DNA from: an uncultured Candidatus Saccharibacteria bacterium
Lineage (GTDB): Bacteria > Patescibacteriota > WWE3 > UBA101185 > UBA10185
Direction of reading: 5' to 3'
DNA length: 64,000 nt
NCBI GenBank assembly: GCA_964567095.1
Contig: CAZMKN010000001.1
Location: forward strand, 11,675-75,674
Shown here: positions 9,197-18,228 of the stretch, piece by piece
Layout of the letters: each line of letters begins with the position of its first letter
Numbering within the stretch: position 1 is the stretch's first letter
Position numbers and translations under genes: made by a program
Notes under the pieces: generated by a model
Database searches by the model: none
What the model saw: the letters and a program-made list of their open reading frames with translations, nothing else
Told to the model about the DNA's origin: nothing

Positions 9197-11588
9197 CAAC
9201 ACTTTGTATGTAGCGTTTTGGTTATTCATTTATACTATTATCCTTATTGGGGTTGTTTTAATTCTTCTATTGCTTTTCTTTAGGCGAAAGCGCAAAAAAG
9301 TTGAAGATTTAAACAAGTTTGATTTGACTTTCCTTTTGGTTAAGCTTCCCCCTGGAAATGAAATAGAAATTGAGGTAGCCGAGCAGTTTTTTACAAGCCT
9401 TTGCGGGTTTAGGAGGTCCTGGTTTAAAGCTTTGTGGAAGGGCCAGTATAGGATTTCCTTCGAGATTGTGGCTAAATCCTCTGGGATAGGGTTTTACGTA
9501 GTGATCCCGGATGAGTTGGCTCTAGCTGTTGAGAAGAAAATAAACGGTGCTTACCCTGATGCGGAAATAGATATTGTAGATCCAAATGAAGTTTGGGATA
9601 GAGGTGACTTTACGGACGTGGCGGAAATAAAACTTTCGGGCGCTCCCTACTATCCCATTCGAACATTTGAAGACCTTGCCTCCGATGCGCTGAGTTCAAT
9701 AACGGCATCTATGGGTAAGCTATCTGACACTGATGTTATAGCGCTGCAGTACATTATTAAGCCTGCCGGAGGAGGTTGGCGCCGACAGGGGAATGCCTTT
9801 TCTGCAGGGGTTCGCAAGAGAAGTTCGGATCCGGAAAAAGGTGTCGCCATTGATACATCTTTCCTTGAAGGCGTCGAAAAAAAGATTTCTAAGCTTGGTT
9901 TTGACGTTTCCATAAGGGTTGTTTCAATTGCTGAAAACAAGAGTATAGCTAAAGATCATATCCAAAACGTTGTCACGGCATTTGATCAGTTTACAAATGT
10001 AAAATATAACAAATTTAAAAAAGTTAATCCTAAGGCGCGACGCACTGTTACAAATTTCATTTACCGCAGCCTACCCCTTTTTAATTTAAGCGTTCCTATT
10101 TTGGATATTTCGCTTTTTCGTAACGTTTCAACCCTAAATACACAGGAGATGGCGACAATTTTTCACTTTCCTACCGGAGAAGTAAAAACTCCGGGAATAA
10201 TTTGGCTCCGAGCTCACAAAGCCCCATGTCCGGAAAACATTCCAACGGAAGGACTCTACCTTGGTAAGAATGTGTATCGTGGTATGGAAAAAAATGTACA
10301 CATGCTCGAAAAAGATCGTACACGACATTTTTACATTATTGGACAAACGGGTACCGGAAAATCCGAGTTTATGAAAACCTTGGCTCTGCAGGACATAGAA
10401 AACGGCGAGGGTTTAGCTTTTATCGATCCTCACGGAAGTGATATAGACGATATTTTGGAAAAAATCCCGGAACATAGGGCAGATGATGTTATCTTGTTTG
10501 ATGCCTCTGATGTTGAGCGCCCTTTAGGTCTTAATATTCTAGAAGCCCATTCCGGAGAGGAAAAGCACATGATTATTAATTCTTTCATCGCATTGCTGTA
10601 TAAGCTTTACGATCCAAATAGGCAGGGAATTATGGGTCCTCAACTAGAGCGTGCGATCAGAAACGTTATGTTAACGGCTATGGTTGATCCGGATAGTACT
10701 ATGGTGGATGTTTTGCGTTTATTAATTGACGATAAATATGCCCAAAGTTTCTTGCCTAAATTAGACGATCCGTTGGTTAGGCGTTACTGGACCGATGAAA
10801 TGGCTAACACAAGCGACTATCACAAGAGTGAGAAAATGGGTTATTTTGTTTCTAAATTTGACCGTTTTGTAACGGATAAAACTATGCGCAATATTTTGGG
10901 TCAGCCTCGCTCAGCGATAGATTTCCCCAGGATAATGGCGGAGAAAAAGATTCTGTTGGTGGATTTGTCTAAAGGGAAGATAGGGGAGGAAAACTCCAGC
11001 TTTATAGGGCTAATTTTGGTTCCAAGGATTTTACAGGCTGCTATGGGGCGGGCCTCAAGGCTTGGTAAAGAGGATTTCCCGAATTTTTATCTGTATGTCG
11101 ATGAGTTCCAAAACTTCGCAACCCCCGATTTTGCTACCATTCTTTCCGAAGCCCGTAAGTACAAGCTTAACTTGGTGGTTGCACATCAGTTTATTTCTCA
11201 GCTAACCGATGAAATAAAAGAAGCTGTTTTTGGGAATGTCGGTACTACAGCTGTTTTCAGGGTAGGGGCCGAGGACGCCGAATTCATAGAGAAGCAATTT
11301 GATCCGGTTTTTACTCAAAGTGATTTGATTAATCTGCCTATTGGAAGTTACTACACTCGGATTTTGATAGAAGGTCACCCTAGCCCACCCTTTTCTATGA
11401 AGGTTGATTGGGATATGGTGAACGAAGATAACGCAAAAAAGAATCAAGAACTCGCTCAAAAAATTCGGGAACATTCGAGAAATACCTATGGCGTGGCTCG
11501 AGCTGAAGTTGAGAAATATATAAATGAGCGCTCCAACTTTAACCCGGTTGTGGAGGTTCCTGCTTCTGGAAAGAAAATACCTTTTTAA
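9162..11588 (+). CDS. membrane-anchored P-loop ATPase of the VirB4/VirD4 (FtsK-HerA, AAA-like DUF87/TraG-D_C) superfamily
   Basis: N-terminal TM helix, then a ~350 aa domain. Walker A IIGQTGTGKSEFMKT...FIDPHGSD, Walker B LYVDEFQNF, and a downstream RKYKLNLVVAHQFISQL typical of T4SS ATPases/coupling proteins. 808 aa. Confidence 0.6.
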   Translation: MSSLPMDLANLNNTLYVAFWLFIYTIILIGVVLILLLLFFRRKRKKVEDLNKFDLTFLLVKLPPGNEIEIEVAEQFFTSLCGFRRSWFKALWKGQYRISFEIVAKSSGIGFYVVIPDELALAVEKKINGAYPDAEIDIVDPNEVWDRGDFTDVAEIKLSGAPYYPIRTFEDLASDALSSITASMGKLSDTDVIALQYIIKPAGGGWRRQGNAFSAGVRKRSSDPEKGVAIDTSFLEGVEKKISKLGFDVSIRVVSIAENKSIAKDHIQNVVTAFDQFTNVKYNKFKKVNPKARRTVTNFIYRSLPLFNLSVPILDISLFRNVSTLNTQEMATIFHFPTGEVKTPGIIWLRAHKAPCPENIPTEGLYLGKNVYRGMEKNVHMLEKDRTRHFYIIGQTGTGKSEFMKTLALQDIENGEGLAFIDPHGSDIDDILEKIPEHRADDVILFDASDVERPLGLNILEAHSGEEKHMIINSFIALLYKLYDPNRQGIMGPQLERAIRNVMLTAMVDPDSTMVDVLRLLIDDKYAQSFLPKLDDPLVRRYWTDEMANTSDYHKSEKMGYFVSKFDRFVTDKTMRNILGQPRSAIDFPRIMAEKKILLVDLSKGKIGEENSSFIGLILVPRILQAAMGRASRLGKEDFPNFYLYVDEFQNFATPDFATILSEARKYKLNLVVAHQFISQLTDEIKEAVFGNVGTTAVFRVGAEDAEFIEKQFDPVFTQSDLINLPIGSYYTRILIEGHPSPPFSMKVDWDMVNEDNAKKNQELAQKIREHSRNTYGVARAEVEKYINERSNFNPVVEVPASGKKIPF

Positions 11589-11648
11589 ACAAGGTCCACC
11601 CTCTATGAGGACAGTCCCCTCAAAGGACAGCCCCCGTTTAATGTATAA

Positions 11649-12887
11649 TTGAAACAAATGTTAAGCCTGCCCTTTCTTAATCTTAAAAAGTCGAAAGATC
11701 TTGAAAACTCCTTTTTGGGCATCACCTTTGACTCTCTTCGAGTAAATGTAGTTTACTTTGAGATTTCTTCTGATGAATTAAATCCGATAGTTCAGGTCAA
11801 GTGCATTATTTCCCGTTTCATTGGGGAGAAAGTAGAAAACCTTTTCAAGGAATATTCAGATGACGCAGCTCTTATAGAAACGTTACGCGTGATTTTGACC
11901 GAACTTAGTGAAAAATTTCCTGATGTTTCAAATCAAGTAATATTTGGGCTTTCTGCTGACAAATGTATTGATTTAATGTCTATTGTTAGCCTGGAAAACT
12001 CTGTGAGACGGCGTTTTACAGAAGAACAGGTAGCAGAGCTTGATGAGCAAGCTTACAAAAACGCGTCTTTTAGGGCGCAAGATGCGCTCGCAACTCAAAC
12101 GGGCGATATGGAAAGTGATCTTGATCTCGTCACTTCGGTGGATGTTTTCAAAAAATTAGACGGGATAGTTACACGAGATCCTATTGGATTAGAGGGGGAA
12201 AAACTCGAACAAGCTTGGTTTGGAAGTTTTGTTCGACGAGCAGATCTCGAGAGGTTTAAGCAGATTGCCAAGAAACTTAATTTGAAAATACTAACTGTCT
12301 CATCGCTAAACTACGCTTTTTATACTTGTTTAACTCAACATGACCCAAAATATTCCAATTGTATTGTTGTGAATCTAGATAATGACTTAACGCAAGTTTC
12401 GGCGGCTTTCGGAGGTAGTATAGTAGGTTCTCGCTTCATAAATATAGGTTTGGTTTCCGTGCTTAACGAAATCAGCTCGCGGATGGGATTGTATCCTGAT
12501 GAAGCTTTAGAGGTCTTGGAAAAGTACAGGCAGGGAACTCTAGACTCATCATTGGCGCAGAGGGTCCAAAAGATTATCTATAGGTTTTTCGTGATTTGGT
12601 CGAAAGCGTTAGGTGAAGTGTTTTCCGACTTTAGTGGGATCAAGACTTTTTCGTCAAATGTAGTTTTGGTTGGTCCGGGATTTGACTTACCTGATCTGCA
12701 TATGTTCACTTCAAGCGAGCCTTGGTTTAAATCGATACCATTTAAGGCGCCTCCAAACTTTGAAAAGGGTCTCGCATCGGATAAAATAACTAAAGTTTCT
12801 GATTTAACAGGGAAAGCTTCCCTTTCAGCGTGGAGTCTGCCAATATCATTGTCAGGCGTCTACGTAAGAATGAAGGATACCTCGTAA
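11649..12887 (+). CDS. degenerate PilM/FtsA-like actin-fold protein
   Basis: Phosphate-1-like LGITFDSLRVNVVYFEI, phosphate-2-like IVVNLDNDLTQVSAAFGGSIVGSRFINIGL, and a C-terminal VVLVGPGFDLPDL resembling the PilM 'LtGGga' motif. Catalytic D/G positions are substituted. Confidence 0.4.
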   Translation: MKQMLSLPFLNLKKSKDLENSFLGITFDSLRVNVVYFEISSDELNPIVQVKCIISRFIGEKVENLFKEYSDDAALIETLRVILTELSEKFPDVSNQVIFGLSADKCIDLMSIVSLENSVRRRFTEEQVAELDEQAYKNASFRAQDALATQTGDMESDLDLVTSVDVFKKLDGIVTRDPIGLEGEKLEQAWFGSFVRRADLERFKQIAKKLNLKILTVSSLNYAFYTCLTQHDPKYSNCIVVNLDNDLTQVSAAFGGSIVGSRFINIGLVSVLNEISSRMGLYPDEALEVLEKYRQGTLDSSLAQRVQKIIYRFFVIWSKALGEVFSDFSGIKTFSSNVVLVGPGFDLPDLHMFTSSEPWFKSIPFKAPPNFEKGLASDKITKVSDLTGKASLSAWSLPISLSGVYVRMKDTS

Positions 12888-14437
12888 TGGTTTATACAGT
12901 GAATAAAACAAAGGATATCTATACAATACTAGCAGAACTTGCTGTTCGAGCGGAAAAAGATTTGGAAATTTTCATACCGTCTGGATCGTTGCTCTTGAAG
13001 GATAAATTGAACCTAGAATTTTTGGCTAAAAGTTTAGAGAAATTGGGCAAGACTGCTAGGTTTGGTACAGATGACCCGAATGGCAAAGAACTTTTGGATA
13101 GTCTTAACTTGGCTAGAGCAGAATTTGGTAGTACCTTAGACGCTGGTGCCTCCGGTGAAAGATCCCATCGTATGTTTCCGCGAAAACTTAAATTTTTCGT
13201 GTCAAATACCTTCTCGCGCCTGAAAGACCTATCTAAACTGAAAAAGCCGAACATTTCACTAAGGATAAACCTCGCATTATTAGGGGCCTTCATTCTGGTT
13301 CTCGCGGGATTGATTTACGGAGGTTACCGTTACATTTCCTCTCAAAAGGCTTACATAAAAATTTACACAAAATCAGAGCCCTTAGCTAGAAGTATTACTA
13401 TTAGGGTTGATTCCAACAGTAGCACTAATATAGATGAGAAAATATTGGAAGGTACGGATATTTCCACGAGTATTTTTGACACGAAGGAAATCGAAACGAC
13501 GGGAGAGAAAGAAAAGGGCGATTATGCTGAAGGAGAGATCATAATTTATAATTACACTAAGGAGGAGATTAAATTAGATGAGGGAGAAAAAGTTTATTTT
13601 AAGGATGATGATTTAGAATTCAAGCTCACGGATGATGTAACTGTAGATCCAGCAACTTACGAGGTACAGGAAGACCCTCCTGTAACACCTGGGGAAACGA
13701 AGGCCTCTGTCAAAGCCTTGGAATATGGGGATGATTACAATATTGGAGGAAGCAAGACTTTGAAATTTGATGATTACGATGATTTCGATTTAACAGCTAA
13801 ATCCAAAAATAAATTTGAGGGTGGAAAAACGGAAACCGTTATGGTGGTTTCCGAGGAAGACATTGAAAAGCTAAAAGAGGATATAGCAACCATTTTAACA
13901 GTACAGTCAACCCAAGCGATAAATGATGTTGTCCCATCGGATTACAAACTGATTAAAGGTTCTATAACCACTCTCTTAGGAGATCCTGAGTTAAGTGCGG
14001 AGGTTGGGGAAGAGGAGACTGAGGTGAATATAAAGCAGGTGCTGACCGTATTTGGTTTAGCCTATTCCGAAAAGAAACTGGATCAGCTCATTATGAAGGT
14101 TGTTGGCGACTATGTCCCGGAGGAATATGCTCTCGCAGGTACTAAGCACACGTTAAGCGTTGAAGTATTGGGGGCTACTGAGGATACAGTTCTTAGTGAC
14201 AGCGCCGCGGATCTTCAGGTTACAGTTAAAACATCCGTGATTCCGGAAATAAACATCAGTTCTTTAAAAGAATCCCTGAAAGGTATGTCCGTGGGAGAGT
14301 TGCAGAGGGAGTTAGGAGGTATGTCAAATATAACAACATATGAGTTTAATTTATCGCCGATTGTTCCATTGAAGAAAAAAGTACCCAATGACGTAGAAAA
14401 AATCTTAATTGAGGTTCTAGAGGGCTCTAATGACTAA
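12887..14437 (+). CDS. bitopic membrane protein with a large acidic extracytoplasmic domain
   Basis: ATG at 12887 overlaps the upstream stop (TAATG). One TM helix (LALLGAFILVLAGLIYGGY) sits ~145 aa in, followed by a D/E/T-rich domain. Confidence 0.5.
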   Translation: MVYTVNKTKDIYTILAELAVRAEKDLEIFIPSGSLLLKDKLNLEFLAKSLEKLGKTARFGTDDPNGKELLDSLNLARAEFGSTLDAGASGERSHRMFPRKLKFFVSNTFSRLKDLSKLKKPNISLRINLALLGAFILVLAGLIYGGYRYISSQKAYIKIYTKSEPLARSITIRVDSNSSTNIDEKILEGTDISTSIFDTKEIETTGEKEKGDYAEGEIIIYNYTKEEIKLDEGEKVYFKDDDLEFKLTDDVTVDPATYEVQEDPPVTPGETKASVKALEYGDDYNIGGSKTLKFDDYDDFDLTAKSKNKFEGGKTETVMVVSEEDIEKLKEDIATILTVQSTQAINDVVPSDYKLIKGSITTLLGDPELSAEVGEEETEVNIKQVLTVFGLAYSEKKLDQLIMKVVGDYVPEEYALAGTKHTLSVEVLGATEDTVLSDSAADLQVTVKTSVIPEINISSLKESLKGMSVGELQRELGGMSNITTYEFNLSPIVPLKKKVPNDVEKILIEVLEGSND

Positions 14438-14843
14438 AGAAAAGGGTATTCTGGGTATAGATTATGGCGAAACTAACATAGGATTGGCATTTGGTAGAGC
14501 AGGAGAGGTTTTACCGCTAAAGATTATTTCCGGAAAAAACCCACATACCGCAATTTCTGTGATTGGTCGTACTATTATTGAGTATGATGCTAAAACCATA
14601 ATTGTAGGACTTCCATTAACAATGGAAAACAAAGAAACACCGAAATCTCTTAAAGTACGTAGGTTCGTTAAATTATTGAAAGTCAAAATAAAAAAACCCG
14701 TTGTTTTTGTAAACGAGCACTCGACATCTAAAGACGCTACTAAAATAATGTTAAGCATGGGCGTTTCACAAAAACGTAGGCGCTTGAAAGATCATTACTC
14801 TGCCGCATTAATTTTGAAAAAATACTATAGAGAAAAAGAGTAA
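14430..14843 (+). CDS. ruvX: Holliday-junction resolvase-like RuvX/YqgF (pre-16S rRNA nuclease)
   Basis: ILGIDYGETNIGLAFG...IIVGLPLTMENKETPKSLKVRRFV matches RuvX/YqgF. Size 137 aa. Confidence 0.8.
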   Translation: MTKEKGILGIDYGETNIGLAFGRAGEVLPLKIISGKNPHTAISVIGRTIIEYDAKTIIVGLPLTMENKETPKSLKVRRFVKLLKVKIKKPVVFVNEHSTSKDATKIMLSMGVSQKRRRLKDHYSAALILKKYYREKE

Positions 14844-14846
14844 CCG

Positions 14847-15128
14847 TTACTCTTCTTTTTTGCTTTCATCAAACGTTAATTTCACATTTTTATTTCCACA
14901 CTTCATGCATTGAAAGTTTTCCCCGGGGGTTAGGCATTGCGGACACATATAAACCCCCTCTTTGTAGATAAGTTTATCGCTTTCGCACACATTGCAGGTA
15001 AAAATTACATCATCTTGAGTTATAACTTCACAATCTGGACACGTGAACATCGCGCTTGGACTTCCTAGAACTTCCTCCTCTTCGCTCGTTTCTTTTTCTA
15101 GTTCTTTTAGGACTTTGATTTTTACCAT
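14847..15128 (-). CDS. zinc-ribbon protein with four CxxC pairs
   Basis: CPDCE...CNVCE...CPQC...CMKCG spacing fits a zinc ribbon. Confidence 0.45.
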   Translation of the reverse strand: MVKIKVLKELEKETSEEEEVLGSPSAMFTCPDCEVITQDDVIFTCNVCESDKLIYKEGVYMCPQCLTPGENFQCMKCGNKNVKLTFDESKKEE

Positions 15129-15190
15129 AACTTTAGCTTACCTAAAAATTTTGACGTGTTCAATATGCTTTGTTAATCTTAGGATACACA

Positions 15191-15366
15191 AATGTTAATG
15201 GTTCTTTTATATATATATTTAAGTTTTGGGTTTATATACGCTTTTTATGTAACCTTCTGGGGAGGGGGTCGTTGGTATATGTTTCCAATTAATATTTTAG
15301 GAGGTCCCGTAGTTGCTTTGATCATTATTTTTAAGAGCTTAGCCCGCAAAGATTTTCATGTTTAAG
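15191..15366 (+). CDS. unlisted small ORF for a hydrophobic 58-aa peptide
   Basis: ATG...TAA reads MLMVLLYIYLSFGFIYAFYVTFWGGGRWYMFPINILGGPVVALIIIFKSLARKDFHV. It falls under the 60-aa ORF-track cutoff, and its stop overlaps the HAD start codon. Confidence 0.25.
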
Positions 15367-16122
15367 CAAATTTTCGAAGGAAAAGAAGCAGTAGTTTTTG
15401 ATCTAGATGGTACGCTTGTCGACTCAAAGCCCTTATGGAACACGGCTTGTACAGAAGTTGCTCAGAATCTTGGGTTTGAGTGGCGTGGTTCCGCATTTCT
15501 GGGAGGGCAAGGTTTACGCAGCACCTGGAGTGAGTATTTAAGGTACGCTGATATTAACCCGGGGGTCTCAATAAGTGAGCTTGTCAAACAAACTAAAGAT
15601 AAATTTCTGAAGAGATTAGCTTCCGCGGATTTGGAGTTATTGGATGGTTTTTGGCATTTTATGTTGATGCTCAAGGATGAGCGTAATTTTAAGCTTGGCT
15701 TGGTTACAAATACTGATAAGGACGTAGGCCAAAAAGTCCTTCAAGAGTTAGGTGTCAGCAACGTTTTCGATATCGCTTTGTTTGGGGACGATGTCAAAAA
15801 GAAAAAGCCTAACCCGGAAATTTACAAATTGGCGTGTAAAAAACTTGGTATAAAGCCCCACAAAATTTTGGTTTTCGAAGATTCTCCGGAAGGTGTTAAG
15901 GCTGCTGTAAAGGCTAAAATGCCCGTGGTTGCTATTTGGAACCCCTCAAGCCCGCCAAAAAAGGAATACTCGACTAATGTTTTGTTATTTGTTGAAGATT
16001 TCTCTGTATTTCCGGGAAACTTGGATAAAACCTACAAGGAGTCATTGTTGCAGGAAACTTCAGAGGAGATAAGTGAGTCTGTCGAAACGGAAGAAAAAAC
16101 TTCCGCAGAAGAGTTAAAATAG
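15358..16122 (+). CDS. HAD-superfamily hydrolase (beta-phosphoglucomutase-like)
   Basis: Motif I VVFDLDGTLVDS and other HAD signatures. Confidence 0.7.
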   Translation: MFKQIFEGKEAVVFDLDGTLVDSKPLWNTACTEVAQNLGFEWRGSAFLGGQGLRSTWSEYLRYADINPGVSISELVKQTKDKFLKRLASADLELLDGFWHFMLMLKDERNFKLGLVTNTDKDVGQKVLQELGVSNVFDIALFGDDVKKKKPNPEIYKLACKKLGIKPHKILVFEDSPEGVKAAVKAKMPVVAIWNPSSPPKKEYSTNVLLFVEDFSVFPGNLDKTYKESLLQETSEEISESVETEEKTSAEELK

Positions 16123-16154
16123 GCACTTCTACCCATACTTGGTATAATCTGCGC

Positions 16155-17312
16155 ATGCGTTCTGTTCGCCCCCCGAAAAAATATTATATTGAAACCTTTG
16201 GATGTCAGGCTAACGAGGCCGACTCAAATAAGTTAGAGGGGATTTTGGAAGCCGCGGGATTAGAAAAATCCGTTTGTTTAGAGAGAGCGGATATCTTCAT
16301 AATAAATTCTTGCTCAGTCCGACAAAAAAGTGAAGATAAAGTGTATGGTTTAGCCAGAAAACTGAAAACTCTTTCCAAGAAACCTTTTGTAGTTCTAGGT
16401 GGTTGTATGGTGGGGAGCGTTCAAGGTTCTAGAGTTTTGTATCCTTTCGAAGAGCTTAAAAAGCGAACATCTTGGATCGATCTTTACTTAAATTCTGATG
16501 ACTTGCCCACATTGCCAAAGTATCTTGTAAAGGAGGGTTTTGTTGATACATATTTTCCTTTGGATTTGGAGGATAAAGGTTATATTCCTGATGATAGGTC
16601 AAGGGGATATATAAACATTTCATACGGCTGTGACAATTTCTGTACTTATTGTGTTGTTCCGTATGCCAGAGGACCCGAAATTTCACGTAGCAAAGAAGAT
16701 ATCCTGAGAAATGTTAAGTACCTTTTAGACAAAGGTATTACTGAAATAACTTTGTGTGGGCAGAACGTAAATTCTTGGGGTCTTTCTCCTGAACAAAAGC
16801 GAAAGATTAGGATAGGGGACGACACTAAGCTTCCTTTTGCCGATTTGCTCCGAGAAATTCACGATCTTGCGGGAATTAAACTACTTTCGTTTATTTCCTC
16901 AAATCCCTTCGATTTTACTCAGGATTTAATTTCCGTTTTGGGATTACCAAAAATTGATAATTACCTGCATATCGCAGCCCAATCAGGAAATAACGACGTT
17001 CTTGCTCGGATGAATAGGCGCTACACGATCGAAGGATTTTATGACCTTATTGATAGAGTTAAAAAAGCTAAACCCAACGTAAGATTAGGCACAGACATTA
17101 TTGTAGGGTTTCCTGGTGAAACGCGCGGTCAATTTATGGATACCACCAATCTTTTTCAGAAAGTTCACTTTAAGGTGGCCTTTATTTCCATGTATTCGGA
17201 GCGTGTAGGAACTGCCGCTCAAAGGACGTATAAAGATGACGTTTCCTTGCAAGAGAAGAAATGGCGCCACGCTTATTTAACTAGTGTTTGGAAAGAAAGC
17301 CTTAAACAATGA
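16155..17312 (+). CDS. miaB: MiaB-like radical-SAM methylthiotransferase, apparently lacking the C-terminal TRAM domain
   Basis: UPF0004 N-domain (YIETFGCQANEADS) and radical-SAM CxxxCxxC (CDNFCTYCVVPYARG). At 385 aa it ends right after the radical-SAM core. Its stop overlaps the miaA start. Confidence 0.65.
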   Translation: MRSVRPPKKYYIETFGCQANEADSNKLEGILEAAGLEKSVCLERADIFIINSCSVRQKSEDKVYGLARKLKTLSKKPFVVLGGCMVGSVQGSRVLYPFEELKKRTSWIDLYLNSDDLPTLPKYLVKEGFVDTYFPLDLEDKGYIPDDRSRGYINISYGCDNFCTYCVVPYARGPEISRSKEDILRNVKYLLDKGITEITLCGQNVNSWGLSPEQKRKIRIGDDTKLPFADLLREIHDLAGIKLLSFISSNPFDFTQDLISVLGLPKIDNYLHIAAQSGNNDVLARMNRRYTIEGFYDLIDRVKKAKPNVRLGTDIIVGFPGETRGQFMDTTNLFQKVHFKVAFISMYSERVGTAAQRTYKDDVSLQEKKWRHAYLTSVWKESLKQ

Positions 17313-18226
17313 AAATCCCCGTAATTTTAGGGCCTACTTCCTCTGGTAAAACCGGGTTAGGCTTGAGACTTTGCAAGGAGTTTAACGGGGAAATTATTTC
17401 GGCCGATTCTCGGCAGATCTATAAGTTTATGGATATTGGTACAGGTAAAATTCCTGTCAATAAGGAGGTAGATGTTGAGAGAAATGATGCCTTTTGGATT
17501 TTAGAGGGCGTGAGAGTGTGGGGATACGATTTAATAACACCCGATAAAGATTTTTCCGCCTATGATTTCATACAATTTGGTCTTCCCGTGGCTAAAGCTT
17601 TAGCAGAGAAGTCTAAGATGCCTTTTTTAGTTGGAGGTACTGGTTTATATATTGATTTTTTTACGCACAGGATTAAAGATTCCGGAGGTCCTTCTGACTT
17701 GAAATTGCGCAAAGACTTGGAGAAAAAACCTCTCAAAAGTTTGCAAGATAATGTAACGTCGTTAAACATAGAACTTAATAATTCGGAGTTTAATAACAAA
17801 CAGCGCTTGGTTAGAGTTTTAGAGCGAAATTTGACAACAAAATCCCCTACCCCACTTCCCTACCTTGAAGATGCCGAGTTTGTGTTTATAGGTTTGACGG
17901 CTTCCAGAGATTTTCTTTACGAGCGTGTTGATAGCTGGGTAGATTCCATTTGGAAAGATGACGCAATTGTTGCAGAAGTTTTAGATTTGATTTCTCGTGG
18001 CTACGAAGACAGTTCCAGACTTTCCGGCTTAATTTACGGAAATGCCAAAGATTTCTTGGGGAGTGGAAAGTCCCTTACCGAAGCGATACAAAAAACAAAA
18101 TTTGAATTGCATGCATACATTCGACGACAACAAACCTATTTTAAGAGAAACGAGTCCGTTGAGTGGTTCGATGTAGGACAAGACAACCTAGCCGAAAACA
18201 TTTATAATTACATCACGAACTTTTAG
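17309..18226 (+). CDS. miaA: tRNA dimethylallyltransferase
   Basis: P-loop ILGPTSSGKTGLGLRL...ISADSRQIYKFMDIGTGK matches MiaA. Confidence 0.8.
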   Translation: MKIPVILGPTSSGKTGLGLRLCKEFNGEIISADSRQIYKFMDIGTGKIPVNKEVDVERNDAFWILEGVRVWGYDLITPDKDFSAYDFIQFGLPVAKALAEKSKMPFLVGGTGLYIDFFTHRIKDSGGPSDLKLRKDLEKKPLKSLQDNVTSLNIELNNSEFNNKQRLVRVLERNLTTKSPTPLPYLEDAEFVFIGLTASRDFLYERVDSWVDSIWKDDAIVAEVLDLISRGYEDSSRLSGLIYGNAKDFLGSGKSLTEAIQKTKFELHAYIRRQQTYFKRNESVEWFDVGQDNLAENIYNYITNF

Positions 18227-18228
18227 CT

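Noticed and set aside
12830-12887. ORF-track start at 12830 for the bitopic membrane protein (58-nt overlap with upstream gene)
   Set aside because: ATG at 12887 forms a TAATG stop/start overlap with the PilM-like gene, which is a more parsimonious coupled start.
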